Part shown: positions 63,450-64,000 of the stretch, piece after piece
Numbering within the stretch: position 1 is the first letter of the stretch
Layout: each line of letters starts with the position of its first letter
Source: Epiperipatus broadwayi
Lineage: Eukaryota > Animalia > Onychophora
Assembly (NCBI GenBank): GCA_028023455.1
Contig: JAQFVV010000008.1
Span: forward strand, 17,980,001-18,044,000
Reading direction: 5' to 3'
Length of the DNA: 64,000 nt
The notes under the pieces: generated by a model
What the model saw: the letters and a program-made list of their open reading frames with translations, nothing else
The model's database searches: none
Told to the model about the DNA's origin: nothing
Translations under genes and position numbers: made by a program

Positions 63450-64000
63450 TTTGGTAAAAACAGTGATAGGCTCACCGTACTAGTACTATCCACTGCAAGT
63501 TATAGTAATCAATGGTTGTAAGAAGGTTCGTGCATAAAATCATCTAATGCCTATTAAATCCAGTATCCCCAGATTAGTTTCTTCTTGTGCCTTTCATCAG
63601 TGAAGAGCTGTGGATTTGAAAGCAGTGCACCTAGATCTCTAGAAGTCACCTTTTACCTTTTTAGTTAATTATAAAGCTGTGAGTCCAAAATGAAAAACAC
63701 TATCATGTTTTGAATCCAAGCTCATTCGCTTGTGTACAGATCTGAACCCATTTTGGTGTTTCTGTTTTTTTTAATGACCATAGTCACCGTCATTCCCTAG
63801 CCAGGAATGGTATTAAACCCCTAAACATCACATGATCACCATTTCCTATGCTTGCACAAGCTGTTAAAAACACGACAAACTCTCCATACTGTAGTGCCAA
63901 CCAGTGCAAGCCATAATAATCAATGGATGCAAGGGAGTTTGTGCATAAAATCCTTATCTAGTACCTACTCAACCAATATATCCAGAGTAGTTTCTAGCAT
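63450..64000 (-). mobile_element. F1 tandem array running off the window end
   Basis: F1 unit with an HHR remnant at 63568-63606; a second HHR begins at ~63983. Confidence 0.8.

Overview
AT-rich, CpG-depleted eukaryotic (invertebrate-like, probably arthropod) genomic DNA; there is no prokaryotic content. The one recognisable host gene is NOP56 on the minus strand. Two coding exons are clear (30157-30361 and 21427-21594), an ATG-only first exon is probable near 45461, and the remaining exons are not in the window. A CpG-retaining region at ~44900-46420 looks like a compact bidirectional promoter that also starts an unidentified plus-strand gene. The rest is decayed transposons: Gypsy, Tigger/pogo, hAT, Tc1/mariner, RTE and other LINEs. 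The most striking signal is a dense population of Penelope-like element (PLE) derivatives carrying minimal type I hammerhead ribozymes (HHRs). I count at least seven sequence families and more than 20 motifs, including variants with covarying 3-8 core positions. A 455-bp HHR-bearing unit (retrozyme-like) occurs as multimeric head-to-head inverted arrays, two of which are bounded by 10-11 bp target-site duplications. Also notable are a tRNA-Gly-derived element with two TTGCAG insertions and a ~3-kb tandem duplication that preserves a TATA/Inr/ATG module. All calls were made by eye without alignments or folding software; TE boundaries are approximate.
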